From positions 2,272,001 through 2,336,000 of the forward strand of contig OY843751.1 in NCBI GenBank assembly GCA_963693055.1: a DNA stretch of 64,000 nucleotides, written 5' to 3'. This DNA is from a bacterium. GTDB lineage: Bacteria > Zhuqueibacterota > Zhuqueibacteria > Residuimicrobiales > Krinioviventaceae. The position numbers and the translations under genes are program-made. The notes beneath the pieces are model-generated. The model saw only the letters and a list, made by a program, of their open reading frames with translations. It searched no databases and was not told the DNA's origin. Below, in pieces: positions 1-9,449 of this stretch (the first letter of the stretch is position 1; every line of letters starts with the position of its first letter).

Positions 1-51
1 GACCTTAGCGGTGTTCCGCAGGTTTATGTTGTGCCAACAGGGATTGAATGA
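1..51 (+). CDS. 3' end of a gene entering the window; possibly a TolB/PD40-like beta-propeller C-terminus
   Basis: Frame 1 reads DLSGVPQVYVVPTGIE*, resembling the PD40 'SDRSGxPQIY' motif; only 16 codons are visible. Confidence 0.4.
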   Translation, partial: DLSGVPQVYVVPTGIE

Positions 52-74
52 TTTTTTTTTTAGTATTGATTACA

Positions 75-148
75 AGCAGTTAGAATCTACCCAGCATAAT
101 AAAAATAATATACAAGATTGGTGAGTATGTTCTAACTGCTATTTTTTT
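75..148. terminator. Long-loop inverted repeat between convergent genes, terminator-like
   Basis: AGCAGTTAGAA (75-85) and TTCTAACTGCT (130-140) form a perfect 11-bp stem, followed by a T-run. Confidence 0.5.
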
Positions 149-172
149 GAATTGATACGTGCTGAAATTATA

Positions 173-1447
173 TCAATCATGAAGTTTTACCAAGTCGATA
201 TTTGGAGAGATGGGGAATGATGCTATCAGTTTGGTGCTGAAACCAATTCGGCTTATTGTGTTTACTTCCAAAGCCAGTTCATAATATTCAGGAATTACCC
301 CATGTTTTTCTCTCAATTGCGCTTCAAGTTGTTTTAGAGATTCTTTTTCAGTTAATGCATTAACTGCTTCGTAAACGCCTGCCAAATCAGTACAAGTTAT
401 AATCATGATACTGTTTTTTTTGTTCGGCCCGGGTAATTTGCTAACCATAACATAATCTTTTCGGGGGCCTGAACCTTGTATACCTTTGGGAGAAAAAGTT
501 TGAACTGAATCAGGAGAATGATTTACAATGAGCTGATGCGGAAAGACTTTATATTGAATATGAAGCTTGGATAATAATGGATTTAGTATACCCAGTGTTT
601 TGGTTATGCCAATGAAAATAATGTTATAGTTTTGTAAATCAGATCCATTCAACTCTGATGCAAGCTTCATTTCAAAATTGTCATTATAAAAGTCAAGAAT
701 GGGATATAACGAACGAAACGACCACAAGATTTCTTTTTCAATGATTGCAGGTTTATAAGGCTTGAACGAAACAAGTGATGTATCTGCCTCTATCATTGTT
801 GAATAATTATTCAAATCATCAATAGAATTGATTCTACTGAATCTCATGATTTTCATTCCAACGAGTTCATGAATATTGTTTGGGTTGTTATTGCTTTCAA
901 TAAAAAAGAATTGGTCACCTACTACAAATAATACAGGTTGATCATTTGTAATTGAATTATTCCAAATTGGACTTTTATGAATATATGACAACTCTCTTGA
1001 ATGTCTTGGATTTGTGTAATTGTAGTAAATCCATTGCAGCAATAACAGTATACTAGGTATAATAATTAAAATATATTTTAATTTTTTAATATTGAAAAAA
1101 AATGAACCGGATTTTTTCTTAACATTATTTGTGATGAATTTTAAATTGTATCCACCTTTGGGTATCTCTATTTTAATTTCATCATCTTTGCCTTCAGACA
1201 GATAATAGGTGTAAAGTTTTTTTCTGAGGTTGTGGGTGTGAACTCTAACAATAGAGTCTTCAGCAGGATTAAAGTAAGAGTTTTTTGAAAAGACTTCATT
1301 CGCTATTGTTGTTTCATTTAGCGGTTCTTTATTAAAAGTGTTTTTGAATAAATATAAAAGTAGCTTTTTTTCAGTTTTACATGATTCAAATTCTTTACTA
1401 TTTAGAATCTTTTCAATTTGTTTTGAATATATCTGCATGTTGTTCAT
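173..1447 (-). CDS. Membrane-anchored one-component transcriptional regulator (N-terminal winged HTH, single TM, periplasmic domain)
   Basis: N-terminal 'ETTIANEVF..FNPAEDSIVRVHTHNLRKKL..YY..EG..IKIEIPKGGY' wHTH signature; TM 'YILIIIPSILLLLQWIYY'; about 280-aa C-terminal domain. Confidence 0.75.
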   Translation of the reverse strand: MNNMQIYSKQIEKILNSKEFESCKTEKKLLLYLFKNTFNKEPLNETTIANEVFSKNSYFNPAEDSIVRVHTHNLRKKLYTYYLSEGKDDEIKIEIPKGGYNLKFITNNVKKKSGSFFFNIKKLKYILIIIPSILLLLQWIYYNYTNPRHSRELSYIHKSPIWNNSITNDQPVLFVVGDQFFFIESNNNPNNIHELVGMKIMRFSRINSIDDLNNYSTMIEADTSLVSFKPYKPAIIEKEILWSFRSLYPILDFYNDNFEMKLASELNGSDLQNYNIIFIGITKTLGILNPLLSKLHIQYKVFPHQLIVNHSPDSVQTFSPKGIQGSGPRKDYVMVSKLPGPNKKNSIMIITCTDLAGVYEAVNALTEKESLKQLEAQLREKHGVIPEYYELALEVNTISRIGFSTKLIASFPISPNIDLVKLHD

Positions 1448-1952
1448 AGTCTTTTTAATTCATGTATTAATTAGTTTTTACAGATGTAATCAACAAGAAC
1501 GTTTTTAAAGTAATAGTATAATATTTAAAATGCAATAGTATTGTTAAGCATGTTAAAAACAAAAATTAACAGTTATTATCTGGCAATTTGGGATAAATAT
1601 TAATACCATAAAAAAACATTTCTTATCAATATCTTTACTGTTTAATGGGTTTTGATATTTTATATAACATTATAAAGCTTTAAAAACATACACTTGATGC
1701 AAAGATTTTTTAGCATAATTGTTTTGTAAAAATTGTTAATTAAATTGAAAAAAATATTGTGTTTAAATATTTATGATGACTTTTTAAATCAAATATCTGC
1801 TGCTTTTCATTATTTTGATATGTTATATGATAAATTATATTTTTCACCATGGCTCTCTAATGCCTCACCAAAGGAACTACGGTTTGCGATATAATCCATA
1901 GCAATTAATAAGGATACATTATTAATTAAAACAATACAGGTCAAAGGAAGAT

Positions 1953-3722
1953 ATGAAGCTCGGAGTTTGGGATTATATAATACTTGTAGCATACTTGATG
2001 ATTGCCCTTGTTTTGGTAGGTCTTTATTTTAAACGTGCAAGCAAAGGGGTAGAAGAGTATTTTGCAGCCGGGCGTTCTTTGCCTTGGTGGCTTTTGGGCA
2101 CATCTATGGTTGCCACTACCTTTAGTACCGATACGCCAAATCTTGTTGCAAATCTGGTTCGTGAAAATGGCGTGTCTGGTAATTGGGTGTGGTGGTCTTT
2201 TCTGGTTACCGGAATGCTGACCGTGTTTTTTTATGCACGACTATGGCGACGCTCTGGGGTACTTACCGATCTCGAGTTTTATGAATTGCGTTATTCCGGT
2301 AAATCCGCAACCATTGTTAGAGGTTTTAGAGCTTTATATCTGGGTTTCTTTTTTAATACTGTTATTATGGCTACGGTAACATTGTCTGCTGTCAAGATTG
2401 CCAACATTCTTTTTGGTTGGTCAAGAATTGAGACGGTTATTATTTGTTCATTGGGGTCTGTTGCTTTTTCTGTTACATCCGGTTTATGGGGAGTCGTTGT
2501 GACAGATTTGCTTTTGTTTATAATGGCAATGGTCGGCTCCATATCTGCAGCCTGGTTTTCTTTGCAGCATCCCAGTGTTGGTGGATTGCATGGTTTGGTG
2601 GATAAAATTGATCCTCAAACATTGAGCTTGCTACCGGATTTTAGCCATATGGAATCAGCTCTTGCTATTTTTATAATTCCATTGGCAGTTCAATGGTGGT
2701 CTGTTTGGTATCCCGGTGCAGAACCCGGTGGCGGCAGTTATATTGCACAAAGAATGCTGGCGGCAAAAAATGAACGTCACTCTATGGGTGCAACACTCTG
2801 GTTCAATATTGCGCATTATGGCCTGAGACCCTGGCCCTGGATTATTGTGGGGTTGTGCTCGATTTTGGTTTATCCCACTCTTGGTGATATTCAGCAGGTT
2901 TTTCCCCATGTCAGTCCCAATCTTGTGGGGCATGATATTGCCTACCCGGCAATGCTGGTGTTTTTGCCGGAAGGTTTTAGAGGGGTTATGGTGGCTTCGT
3001 TAATTGCTGCATACTTGTCTACTATGGATACTAGTTTAAATTGGGGGGCTTCTTATTTAGTACATGATTTTTATAGACGTTTTTTTAAACCTCAAGCCAG
3101 TCAACATCATTATGTTATGATTTCCCGATTTAGTACTTTGTTATTGATGGTTTTTGCTGCACTAATTGTGTTTGTACTGGATACCGCCAAAGACAGCTTT
3201 GATTTATTATTATCTATTGGGGCAGGTACAGGTTTGATTTACCTGCTGCGCTGGTTCTGGTGGCGTATCAACGCGTGGAGTGAAATTGCTGCAATGATCA
3301 GCTCATTCATTATTGCATTTGCTCTGTTTTTTGCAAAACATGCAGGATTAGAATTGTCAACATACTCAACTTTGATCATTAGTGTTGCAGCAACTACATT
3401 TATATGGATGCTGGTAACTTTATTAACAAAACCGGATGACATTAATGTGCTGGAAAAGTTTTATAAACTTGTTAGACCTGCGGGAAATGGATGGAAACCA
3501 ATACAAAATCGTCTTCGACTTGGTCCTTCTGATGACAGTGTTACGCTGAGTATTTTGGGATGGATTCTGGGTTGTGTTTTTGTTTATTCAGCCCTGTTTA
3601 TGATGGGATACATTCTCTATGGACAATATATTTTAGCCATTATTTGTCTGGTACCTTTTCTTGTTAGTACAATTGGTTTGTATAAAATTTTAATTCGTAT
3701 GTTTAGTACCCAAAATTATTAA
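1953..3722 (+). CDS. Sodium:solute symporter (SSS/SLC5) family protein
   Basis: 'EYFAAGRSLPWW..GTSMVATTFSTDTP', 'AQRMLAAKNE', 'AAYLSTMDTSLN'; many TM helices. Confidence 0.92.
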   Translation: MKLGVWDYIILVAYLMIALVLVGLYFKRASKGVEEYFAAGRSLPWWLLGTSMVATTFSTDTPNLVANLVRENGVSGNWVWWSFLVTGMLTVFFYARLWRRSGVLTDLEFYELRYSGKSATIVRGFRALYLGFFFNTVIMATVTLSAVKIANILFGWSRIETVIICSLGSVAFSVTSGLWGVVVTDLLLFIMAMVGSISAAWFSLQHPSVGGLHGLVDKIDPQTLSLLPDFSHMESALAIFIIPLAVQWWSVWYPGAEPGGGSYIAQRMLAAKNERHSMGATLWFNIAHYGLRPWPWIIVGLCSILVYPTLGDIQQVFPHVSPNLVGHDIAYPAMLVFLPEGFRGVMVASLIAAYLSTMDTSLNWGASYLVHDFYRRFFKPQASQHHYVMISRFSTLLLMVFAALIVFVLDTAKDSFDLLLSIGAGTGLIYLLRWFWWRINAWSEIAAMISSFIIAFALFFAKHAGLELSTYSTLIISVAATTFIWMLVTLLTKPDDINVLEKFYKLVRPAGNGWKPIQNRLRLGPSDDSVTLSILGWILGCVFVYSALFMMGYILYGQYILAIICLVPFLVSTIGLYKILIRMFSTQNY

Positions 3723-3740
3723 TATAGGCTCAGGTGTATT

Positions 3741-4799
3741 TTGAATTCCAAAAAACGAATACTTGATGCAATAGAGCATAAAACTACAGACAGGATTCCA
3801 ATAACCTTTGATGCTGAAATAGAAGTTTATGATGCTCTTTACAAACATCTTTTAATTTCCAATAAAGAGCAATTGTTTGATCGCTTGAATGTGGATACAT
3901 GGATGGTATTGCCAAAGAATTTCATTTATCCGGATGCTGAGCTTGGCAATGAATACAAAACTTCGATTTGGGGATACAAAACCCAATATAAAAACTATTC
4001 AGGTGGGGCTTATGACGAGTTGTATTACAGTCCACTTGCTGGCAAAAATGAAATTGATGATATAAAAAATCATACCTGGCCGAACGAGAGTACCCAGCAA
4101 TATGACCATTACCCAGCAGAGATAGCCGCTCACAAGGATCGTGCAATAATGGGTGTGTTTACATGGGGAGCCTATTTTATTGCTACACATGTGCGAGGTA
4201 TGCAGGATCTAATGATGGATTTTGCCCTGAGAAGAGAATACATTCTATACCTTTTTGATACCATTGCAGATATCAGCTACAATTACCTCGAAACCATGTT
4301 GAGCACATATGGAGATGGTGTGGACATTGTCTATATGGCGGATGATTACTGTTCCCAGCAGGGCCCTTTTTTTAGTCCTGATGATTTTAAAACATTTGTT
4401 GTACCTTATCTTAAAAGGTATGTTTCGCTGGTACATAAATATAACAAGAAATTTCTGCTGCATGTGTGCGGTGCTGTGAGACCCTTGCTGCCTATGATTA
4501 TTGATTGTGGTGTGGATATGCTTGAGCCTATCCAGACGCGTGCCGCGGGTATGGAACCGGAAGTATTAAAAAGAGATTTTGGCAAAGATATTACGTTTTA
4601 CGGTGGTATGGATCTGCAACAAACTCTGCGCCTGGGCTCTGTCGATGATGTGAAAAATGAAGCAAAACATCTCATTGAAATTTTGGGCAAAGACGGCGGC
4701 TACGTATTTGGCCCCGGACATACCTATATTCAAATTGATGCGCCACTTGAAAATATTATGGCCATGTATGATACGGCATTGCAATTTTATCCATATTAA
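3741..4799 (+). CDS. Uroporphyrinogen decarboxylase / MtaA-CmuA methyltransferase superfamily protein
   Basis: 'MNSKKRI..AI.HK..DRIP', 'RGMQDLMMD', 'ADD', 'LHVCG', 'FYGGMD.Q..L..GS', 'GGYVFGPGH', 'PLENI.AM'. Confidence 0.85.
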   Translation: MNSKKRILDAIEHKTTDRIPITFDAEIEVYDALYKHLLISNKEQLFDRLNVDTWMVLPKNFIYPDAELGNEYKTSIWGYKTQYKNYSGGAYDELYYSPLAGKNEIDDIKNHTWPNESTQQYDHYPAEIAAHKDRAIMGVFTWGAYFIATHVRGMQDLMMDFALRREYILYLFDTIADISYNYLETMLSTYGDGVDIVYMADDYCSQQGPFFSPDDFKTFVVPYLKRYVSLVHKYNKKFLLHVCGAVRPLLPMIIDCGVDMLEPIQTRAAGMEPEVLKRDFGKDITFYGGMDLQQTLRLGSVDDVKNEAKHLIEILGKDGGYVFGPGHTYIQIDAPLENIMAMYDTALQFYPY

Positions 4800-4811
4800 A
4801 GTGAGGGTGTT

Positions 4812-5591
4812 ATGGCAAAAATTTATTATGTAGGAGATTGGGCGGTTATGACAGGGCCGGTTTTCGCTGAAACTCCATTTAACTATGCTTATAAAGGTCT
4901 GGATATATTCAATTACGGCAAGTGGTTAAAAGAGGGGCTGGAAAAAGGCGGCAAGCATGAGGTTACATCGGTTCCTACCTGGGAGTTTTACAAGTTGGCT
5001 CCGGGCGAATATGAAAAAATTCTGGATGAATATGATGTTATCATTTTTAGTGATGTGGAAGCTAAAAATTTTCAACTTGCTCCTGCATTTTTTGACCGTA
5101 AAAAATTTGGTACACAGGTTTTAACTTTTCCAGACCGCATTCGTTTGACTATTGATGCGGTTAAAAATGGTAAAAGTATCATGTTCCTTGGTGGATGGTT
5201 ATCTTTTACAGGTGAAATGGGCAAAGGAGGATGGAACCGCACTCGTTTAAAAGAAATGCTGCCTGTACAATGTCTGGATTATGAAGATCTGGTAGAGAGT
5301 ACTGAAGGATTTACTGCAATATTGTCAGCATCAGGGTTGCTATCATTGGGAACTATCGATATTGATTCGTTTCCACCCATACTTGGTTACAATAAAACCT
5401 TGCCTATTGATGAGGGTGATGTATTGTTGACCGTAAAAGAGACAGGTGATCCTTTGGTGGCGTATCGGGAATTTGGCAAGGGTAAGGTGCTTGCATATAT
5501 GTCTGATCCCGCTCCACATTGGGGCTGTAATTTCGTCTTTTGGGAACATTATGCAAGGTTTTGGACTGTATGTATTGAACTTGTGATGTGA
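4812..5591 (+). CDS. Class I glutamine amidotransferase-like protein (GATase1_like, DUF1355/STM3548 type)
   Basis: 'YDVIIFSDV', 'MFLGGWLSFTG..GKGGW', 'PPILGYNKT', 'GDPLVA..EFGKGKVLAYMSDPAPHW'. Confidence 0.8.
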   Translation: MAKIYYVGDWAVMTGPVFAETPFNYAYKGLDIFNYGKWLKEGLEKGGKHEVTSVPTWEFYKLAPGEYEKILDEYDVIIFSDVEAKNFQLAPAFFDRKKFGTQVLTFPDRIRLTIDAVKNGKSIMFLGGWLSFTGEMGKGGWNRTRLKEMLPVQCLDYEDLVESTEGFTAILSASGLLSLGTIDIDSFPPILGYNKTLPIDEGDVLLTVKETGDPLVAYREFGKGKVLAYMSDPAPHWGCNFVFWEHYARFWTVCIELVM

Positions 5592-5637
5592 GATTTTAAT
5601 AGATCACTGTGTAATTAATTAAACAGGAATTGCTTAC

Positions 5638-6882
5638 ATGATGAAAACTGTTTTTAAAAAGATCGGGTTATTCTTTGCTTCAATAGCGCCAGGTATTTTT
5701 CTGCTGGGTTACAATATAGGAACCGGTAGTGTGACCACAGCTGCCTCTACAGGTGCTTTATATGGAATGATGTTTGTTTGGCCGTTTTTATTGTCTTGTA
5801 TTTTTACCTATGTGCTGATATTGGCGTTTGGTAGGTATACGGTAGTGACGGGCAAGACTGCATTGTTCAGCTTTCGTGAATATTTTGGAACTCCAATTTC
5901 AGTTTTTGTGTTGATTGCAGTTGTGTTTAGTGAATGGGTAGCATTTATGGGGGTAATGGGGGTTGTTACCGAGGTAGTTAAGGAATGGTCGCGACCGCTC
6001 ACTCCTTCTGGAAACGGTATCAGTATGGTTTGGACGACATTGGTATTTGGTGGATTAATATATTTTCTGTTCTGGAAAGGTAAACATCGTTTCTTTGAGA
6101 AAATCTTGCTGGTTTTTGTAACATTGATGGGGATTAGTTTTATTGCGACTATGTTTATGGTCATCCCGGATCCCATACAGGTTATTAAGGGTCTTGTACC
6201 TCGCATTCCACACGAGTCCAATGCTGCGTTACTTGTGGCAGGGATGGTGGGCACGACTATGGGTGGAGTATTATATCTGGTGCGTTCCATCCTGGTACAG
6301 GAAAAAGGCTGGCAGATTAGTGATCTCAAAATAGAAAAACGAGACGCTTTTATTAGCGCCACACTCATGTTTGTTCTCAGTGCAGCAATAATGGCCTGTG
6401 CAGCTGGTACCCTTTATCCGCTCGGTTTAAAAGTGGATAATGCTATTGATATGGTCAAGCTGCTGGAACCGCTGGCAGGGCGTTTTGCCATATCCATTTT
6501 TGTGGCTGGAATTGTGAGTGCCGGGTTATCTTCATTATTTCCCCATATCTTGCTTGCACCCTGGTTTCTTGCCGATATTACCGGCCAGCCTCGCGATATG
6601 ACTTTGACCCAAAATCGCCTCATAGCACTTTTTACTGTCAGCCTGGGCTTTGTAGTACCTGTCTTTGGCGGTAGACCGGTTATGGTGATGATCATTTCGC
6701 AGGCTTTTGCTGCAATTGTTACTCCCGTGATAATTATATTAATGTTAATATTGTTGAATCGTTCATCTTTAATGGGTGAGTATAAAATAAAACCATTTTT
6801 GAATATAGTCCTAATTGTAATATTTATATTCACTGTTTTTATGGCGATAACCGGCATAGTCGGTATTCGTGGATTGTTTTGA
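5638..6882 (+). CDS. Nramp/YcsG-like APC-superfamily membrane transporter
   Basis: 'PGIFLLGYNIGTGSVTTAASTGA.YG', 'GMVGTT', 'LEPLAG'; about 11 TM helices; lacks the DPGN motif of MntH. Confidence 0.8.
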   Translation: MMKTVFKKIGLFFASIAPGIFLLGYNIGTGSVTTAASTGALYGMMFVWPFLLSCIFTYVLILAFGRYTVVTGKTALFSFREYFGTPISVFVLIAVVFSEWVAFMGVMGVVTEVVKEWSRPLTPSGNGISMVWTTLVFGGLIYFLFWKGKHRFFEKILLVFVTLMGISFIATMFMVIPDPIQVIKGLVPRIPHESNAALLVAGMVGTTMGGVLYLVRSILVQEKGWQISDLKIEKRDAFISATLMFVLSAAIMACAAGTLYPLGLKVDNAIDMVKLLEPLAGRFAISIFVAGIVSAGLSSLFPHILLAPWFLADITGQPRDMTLTQNRLIALFTVSLGFVVPVFGGRPVMVMIISQAFAAIVTPVIIILMLILLNRSSLMGEYKIKPFLNIVLIVIFIFTVFMAITGIVGIRGLF

Positions 6883-6903
6883 TAAATAAGGAGAGTTGTT
6901 ATT

Positions 6904-7809
6904 ATGTTTTCATCATCAATTGTTTGCTGTTATTTACATCCCATAACCAAATACGGTTATCCTCCCAAAGCTGAAAATACAGTAAACTATTTGCAGGAAA
7001 TGCATGATATGGGTTTTCGTTCAGTAGAGCTTGAGGGCATCCGCGAAAATCATTTAATGGGTGTTTATAAAAATCGTGATATTATATTGAAAAAGATTGA
7101 CGAGCTGAACTTGAATATCCCTTATTTCTGTATCGTGTTGCCGGGTTTGTCATCTCCGATTGAAAAAGAACGTATGCGAAATCTAGAGTTGTTTGAAACG
7201 GGATGCGAGATTGCTCAATTTTTTGGAACAAAGGGAGTGTTGGATAATGCACCTTTACCGCCATATCAATTCCCCGCAGATATTCCGGTTGTTAGGCATT
7301 ATGGACAAGAGGCCCTGTCACAGGCATTTTTGCCCAAAAATTTAAAATGGGACCATTACTGGAAAGATTTGGTCTTGACATACAGAGAAGCCTGTGATAT
7401 AGCAGCGAAATATGAACAGACTTTTCAAATGCATCCGTGCTTGGGTGTGCTATCGTCCAATACAGACGGTTTTTTGAATTTTCATTCTGCAGTTCAACGT
7501 GATAATCTACGATTCAATTTAGATACAGCAAACCAATTCATGCAGCATGATAATTTGATTTTATCTGTCTACCGGACCATTGAATTTGTTGATTATATTC
7601 ATATTTCTGATAACCGGGGAACAAAAGTTGAGCATCTTGTTCCCGGTGATGGCAATATTCCCTGGGATACTTTTTTTGAAGTTTTGGACCGTTGCAATTT
7701 TAAAGGCCACCTTGGCATTGATGTAGGTGGTGATGAATCGGGAGTCAAAGATATTGATGCCGCATTTATTCAAACTGCAAAATGGTTGGAGAAAAAATGG
7801 AAAAAGTAA
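6904..7809 (+). CDS. Sugar phosphate isomerase/epimerase (xylose isomerase-like TIM barrel)
   Basis: 'GFRSVEL', 'NLDTAN', 'YIHISDN', 'HLVPGDGNIPW', 'FKGHLGID'. Confidence 0.82.
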   Translation: MFSSSIVCCYLHPITKYGYPPKAENTVNYLQEMHDMGFRSVELEGIRENHLMGVYKNRDIILKKIDELNLNIPYFCIVLPGLSSPIEKERMRNLELFETGCEIAQFFGTKGVLDNAPLPPYQFPADIPVVRHYGQEALSQAFLPKNLKWDHYWKDLVLTYREACDIAAKYEQTFQMHPCLGVLSSNTDGFLNFHSAVQRDNLRFNLDTANQFMQHDNLILSVYRTIEFVDYIHISDNRGTKVEHLVPGDGNIPWDTFFEVLDRCNFKGHLGIDVGGDESGVKDIDAAFIQTAKWLEKKWKK

Positions 7810-9449
7810 AATCATTAAAGGATTGTACTTTTAAATGGGTGTTGACCTTGATTTTTATCACCCTTTTTACCTCAAATTTTAAAGTGATTAACGCTGCTGA
7901 GCTATCCCAGTGTGATATTTACAATGTCCGGGATTATGGTGCAAAAGGTGATTCTGTCACATTAGATACAAAATCTATTCAAGCCGCCATTGATGATTGT
8001 TCAAAACAGGGAGGTGGTACCGTCTTACTTTCTGCAGGGACTTACCTGAGTGGCACATTGCATCTAAAAAGTAATATCACGCTACATATTCAGAGTGGGG
8101 CAGTGCTGCTGGGGAGTACCCGGATAGATGATTACTCTTTAAATTCCCCCGAGTTGGCATCCTATAACGATAGCTTTTTGAAACAGAGCCTTATTTACGG
8201 TGAAAATCTTGATCATGTCAGCATTGAAGGAGACGGGATTATTGACGGGCAGGGAGGTGCATTCAAGGTAACTACCAAAGTAAAACCTGATCGTTACAAA
8301 AACAGACCCTATATTCTTCGTTTGATTTGCTGCCGAAATGTTAGGGTTGAAAACATAACCCTGCAAAATTCTGCCATGTGGATGCAGCACTATCTTGCTT
8401 GTGAAAATCTGAGTATACGCGGAATCAAAGTTTATAATCATTGTAACCAAAATAACGACATGATGGATATTGATGGTTGTAAAAATGTTGTGATTTCAGA
8501 TTGTATTGGTGATACTGATGATGATGGATTAACATTAAAAAGCACTTCCGGGCGAATTACAGAAAATGTGACCATTACCAACTGTATTTTAAGCAGTCAT
8601 TGCAATGCGTTAAAATGTGGTACCGAATCGCATGGGGGATTCAAAAATATCGTTATTTCCAACATACTTGTCAAACCCTCAAAAGACGATATGGCTATCT
8701 TTGGTGATCCGAAAGGTATTGGGGGAATAGTGCTGGCGGTTGTTGATGGTGGACTATTGGATAATGTGAATATTAGTAATGTACGAGTTGAAGGTGTGCG
8801 TGTACCTTTGTTTTTACGGCTGGGCAATCGAGCCAGGACGGTTGTGCCGGGTGATGAACCGCCGGGTGTGGGAACCTATAAGAATGTGAAAATATCCCAT
8901 GTTACTGCTACCGGCGCGGACAGTGTTGGGTGTTCTATCACCGGTCTTCCGGGACATCCGGTCAGGAATGTAGAATTGAGTGATATCACCATCTCTTTTC
9001 ACGGTGGTGTTGCTGCACCGCAACGACTTGCGGATGTGCCAGAGAATGAAACATTTTATCCTGAGAGCACCATGTTCGGTACTCTGCCTGCATATGGATT
9101 TTATCTTCGTCATGCAGAGAATATTAGTCTCAGTGATATTGATCTGTCATATCAACAGCCAGATGAACGACCGGCTTTGCTGGCAGATGATGTAAATGAA
9201 CTGGAAATTGATAAATTGAAAGCAACGGGTAGTGAAAATGCGGAATCTTTGATTTCGTTAATCAATACGTCAAATGTTTATTTAACTGGTTCCCGGGTCA
9301 AAAACAGAGCAGGTGTATTTGTACGTGTCAGCGGAAAACATACCGGTCCTGTATATATGTATAATAACAAGATGAGTAATACAAGAATACCCTTAATGAT
9401 AAATGATAATGTTCCTGGAGATGTTGTACAATGTCTAGATTCATATTAA
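7797..9449 (+). CDS. Secreted GH28-family (polygalacturonase-like) beta-helix glycoside hydrolase
   Basis: 'YNVRDYGAKGD..TLDTKSIQAAIDDC', 'GTYLSGTL.LKSN', 'NNDMMDID', 'TDDD', 'ALKCGTES'; signal peptide; ATG at 7797 follows GGAG. Confidence 0.85.
   Translation: MEKVKSLKDCTFKWVLTLIFITLFTSNFKVINAAELSQCDIYNVRDYGAKGDSVTLDTKSIQAAIDDCSKQGGGTVLLSAGTYLSGTLHLKSNITLHIQSGAVLLGSTRIDDYSLNSPELASYNDSFLKQSLIYGENLDHVSIEGDGIIDGQGGAFKVTTKVKPDRYKNRPYILRLICCRNVRVENITLQNSAMWMQHYLACENLSIRGIKVYNHCNQNNDMMDIDGCKNVVISDCIGDTDDDGLTLKSTSGRITENVTITNCILSSHCNALKCGTESHGGFKNIVISNILVKPSKDDMAIFGDPKGIGGIVLAVVDGGLLDNVNISNVRVEGVRVPLFLRLGNRARTVVPGDEPPGVGTYKNVKISHVTATGADSVGCSITGLPGHPVRNVELSDITISFHGGVAAPQRLADVPENETFYPESTMFGTLPAYGFYLRHAENISLSDIDLSYQQPDERPALLADDVNELEIDKLKATGSENAESLISLINTSNVYLTGSRVKNRAGVFVRVSGKHTGPVYMYNNKMSNTRIPLMINDNVPGDVVQCLDSY

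Noticed and set aside
1448-1952. Long leader as a possible riboswitch or sRNA, and the 60-aa ORF at 1810-1992
   Set aside because: No recognisable conserved structure or motif by eye; an Rfam/Infernal scan would be needed
5808-6857. Long antisense ORFs (186 and 147 aa) opposite the Nramp-like gene
   Set aside because: Typical shadow ORFs of hydrophobic membrane-protein genes; no motifs
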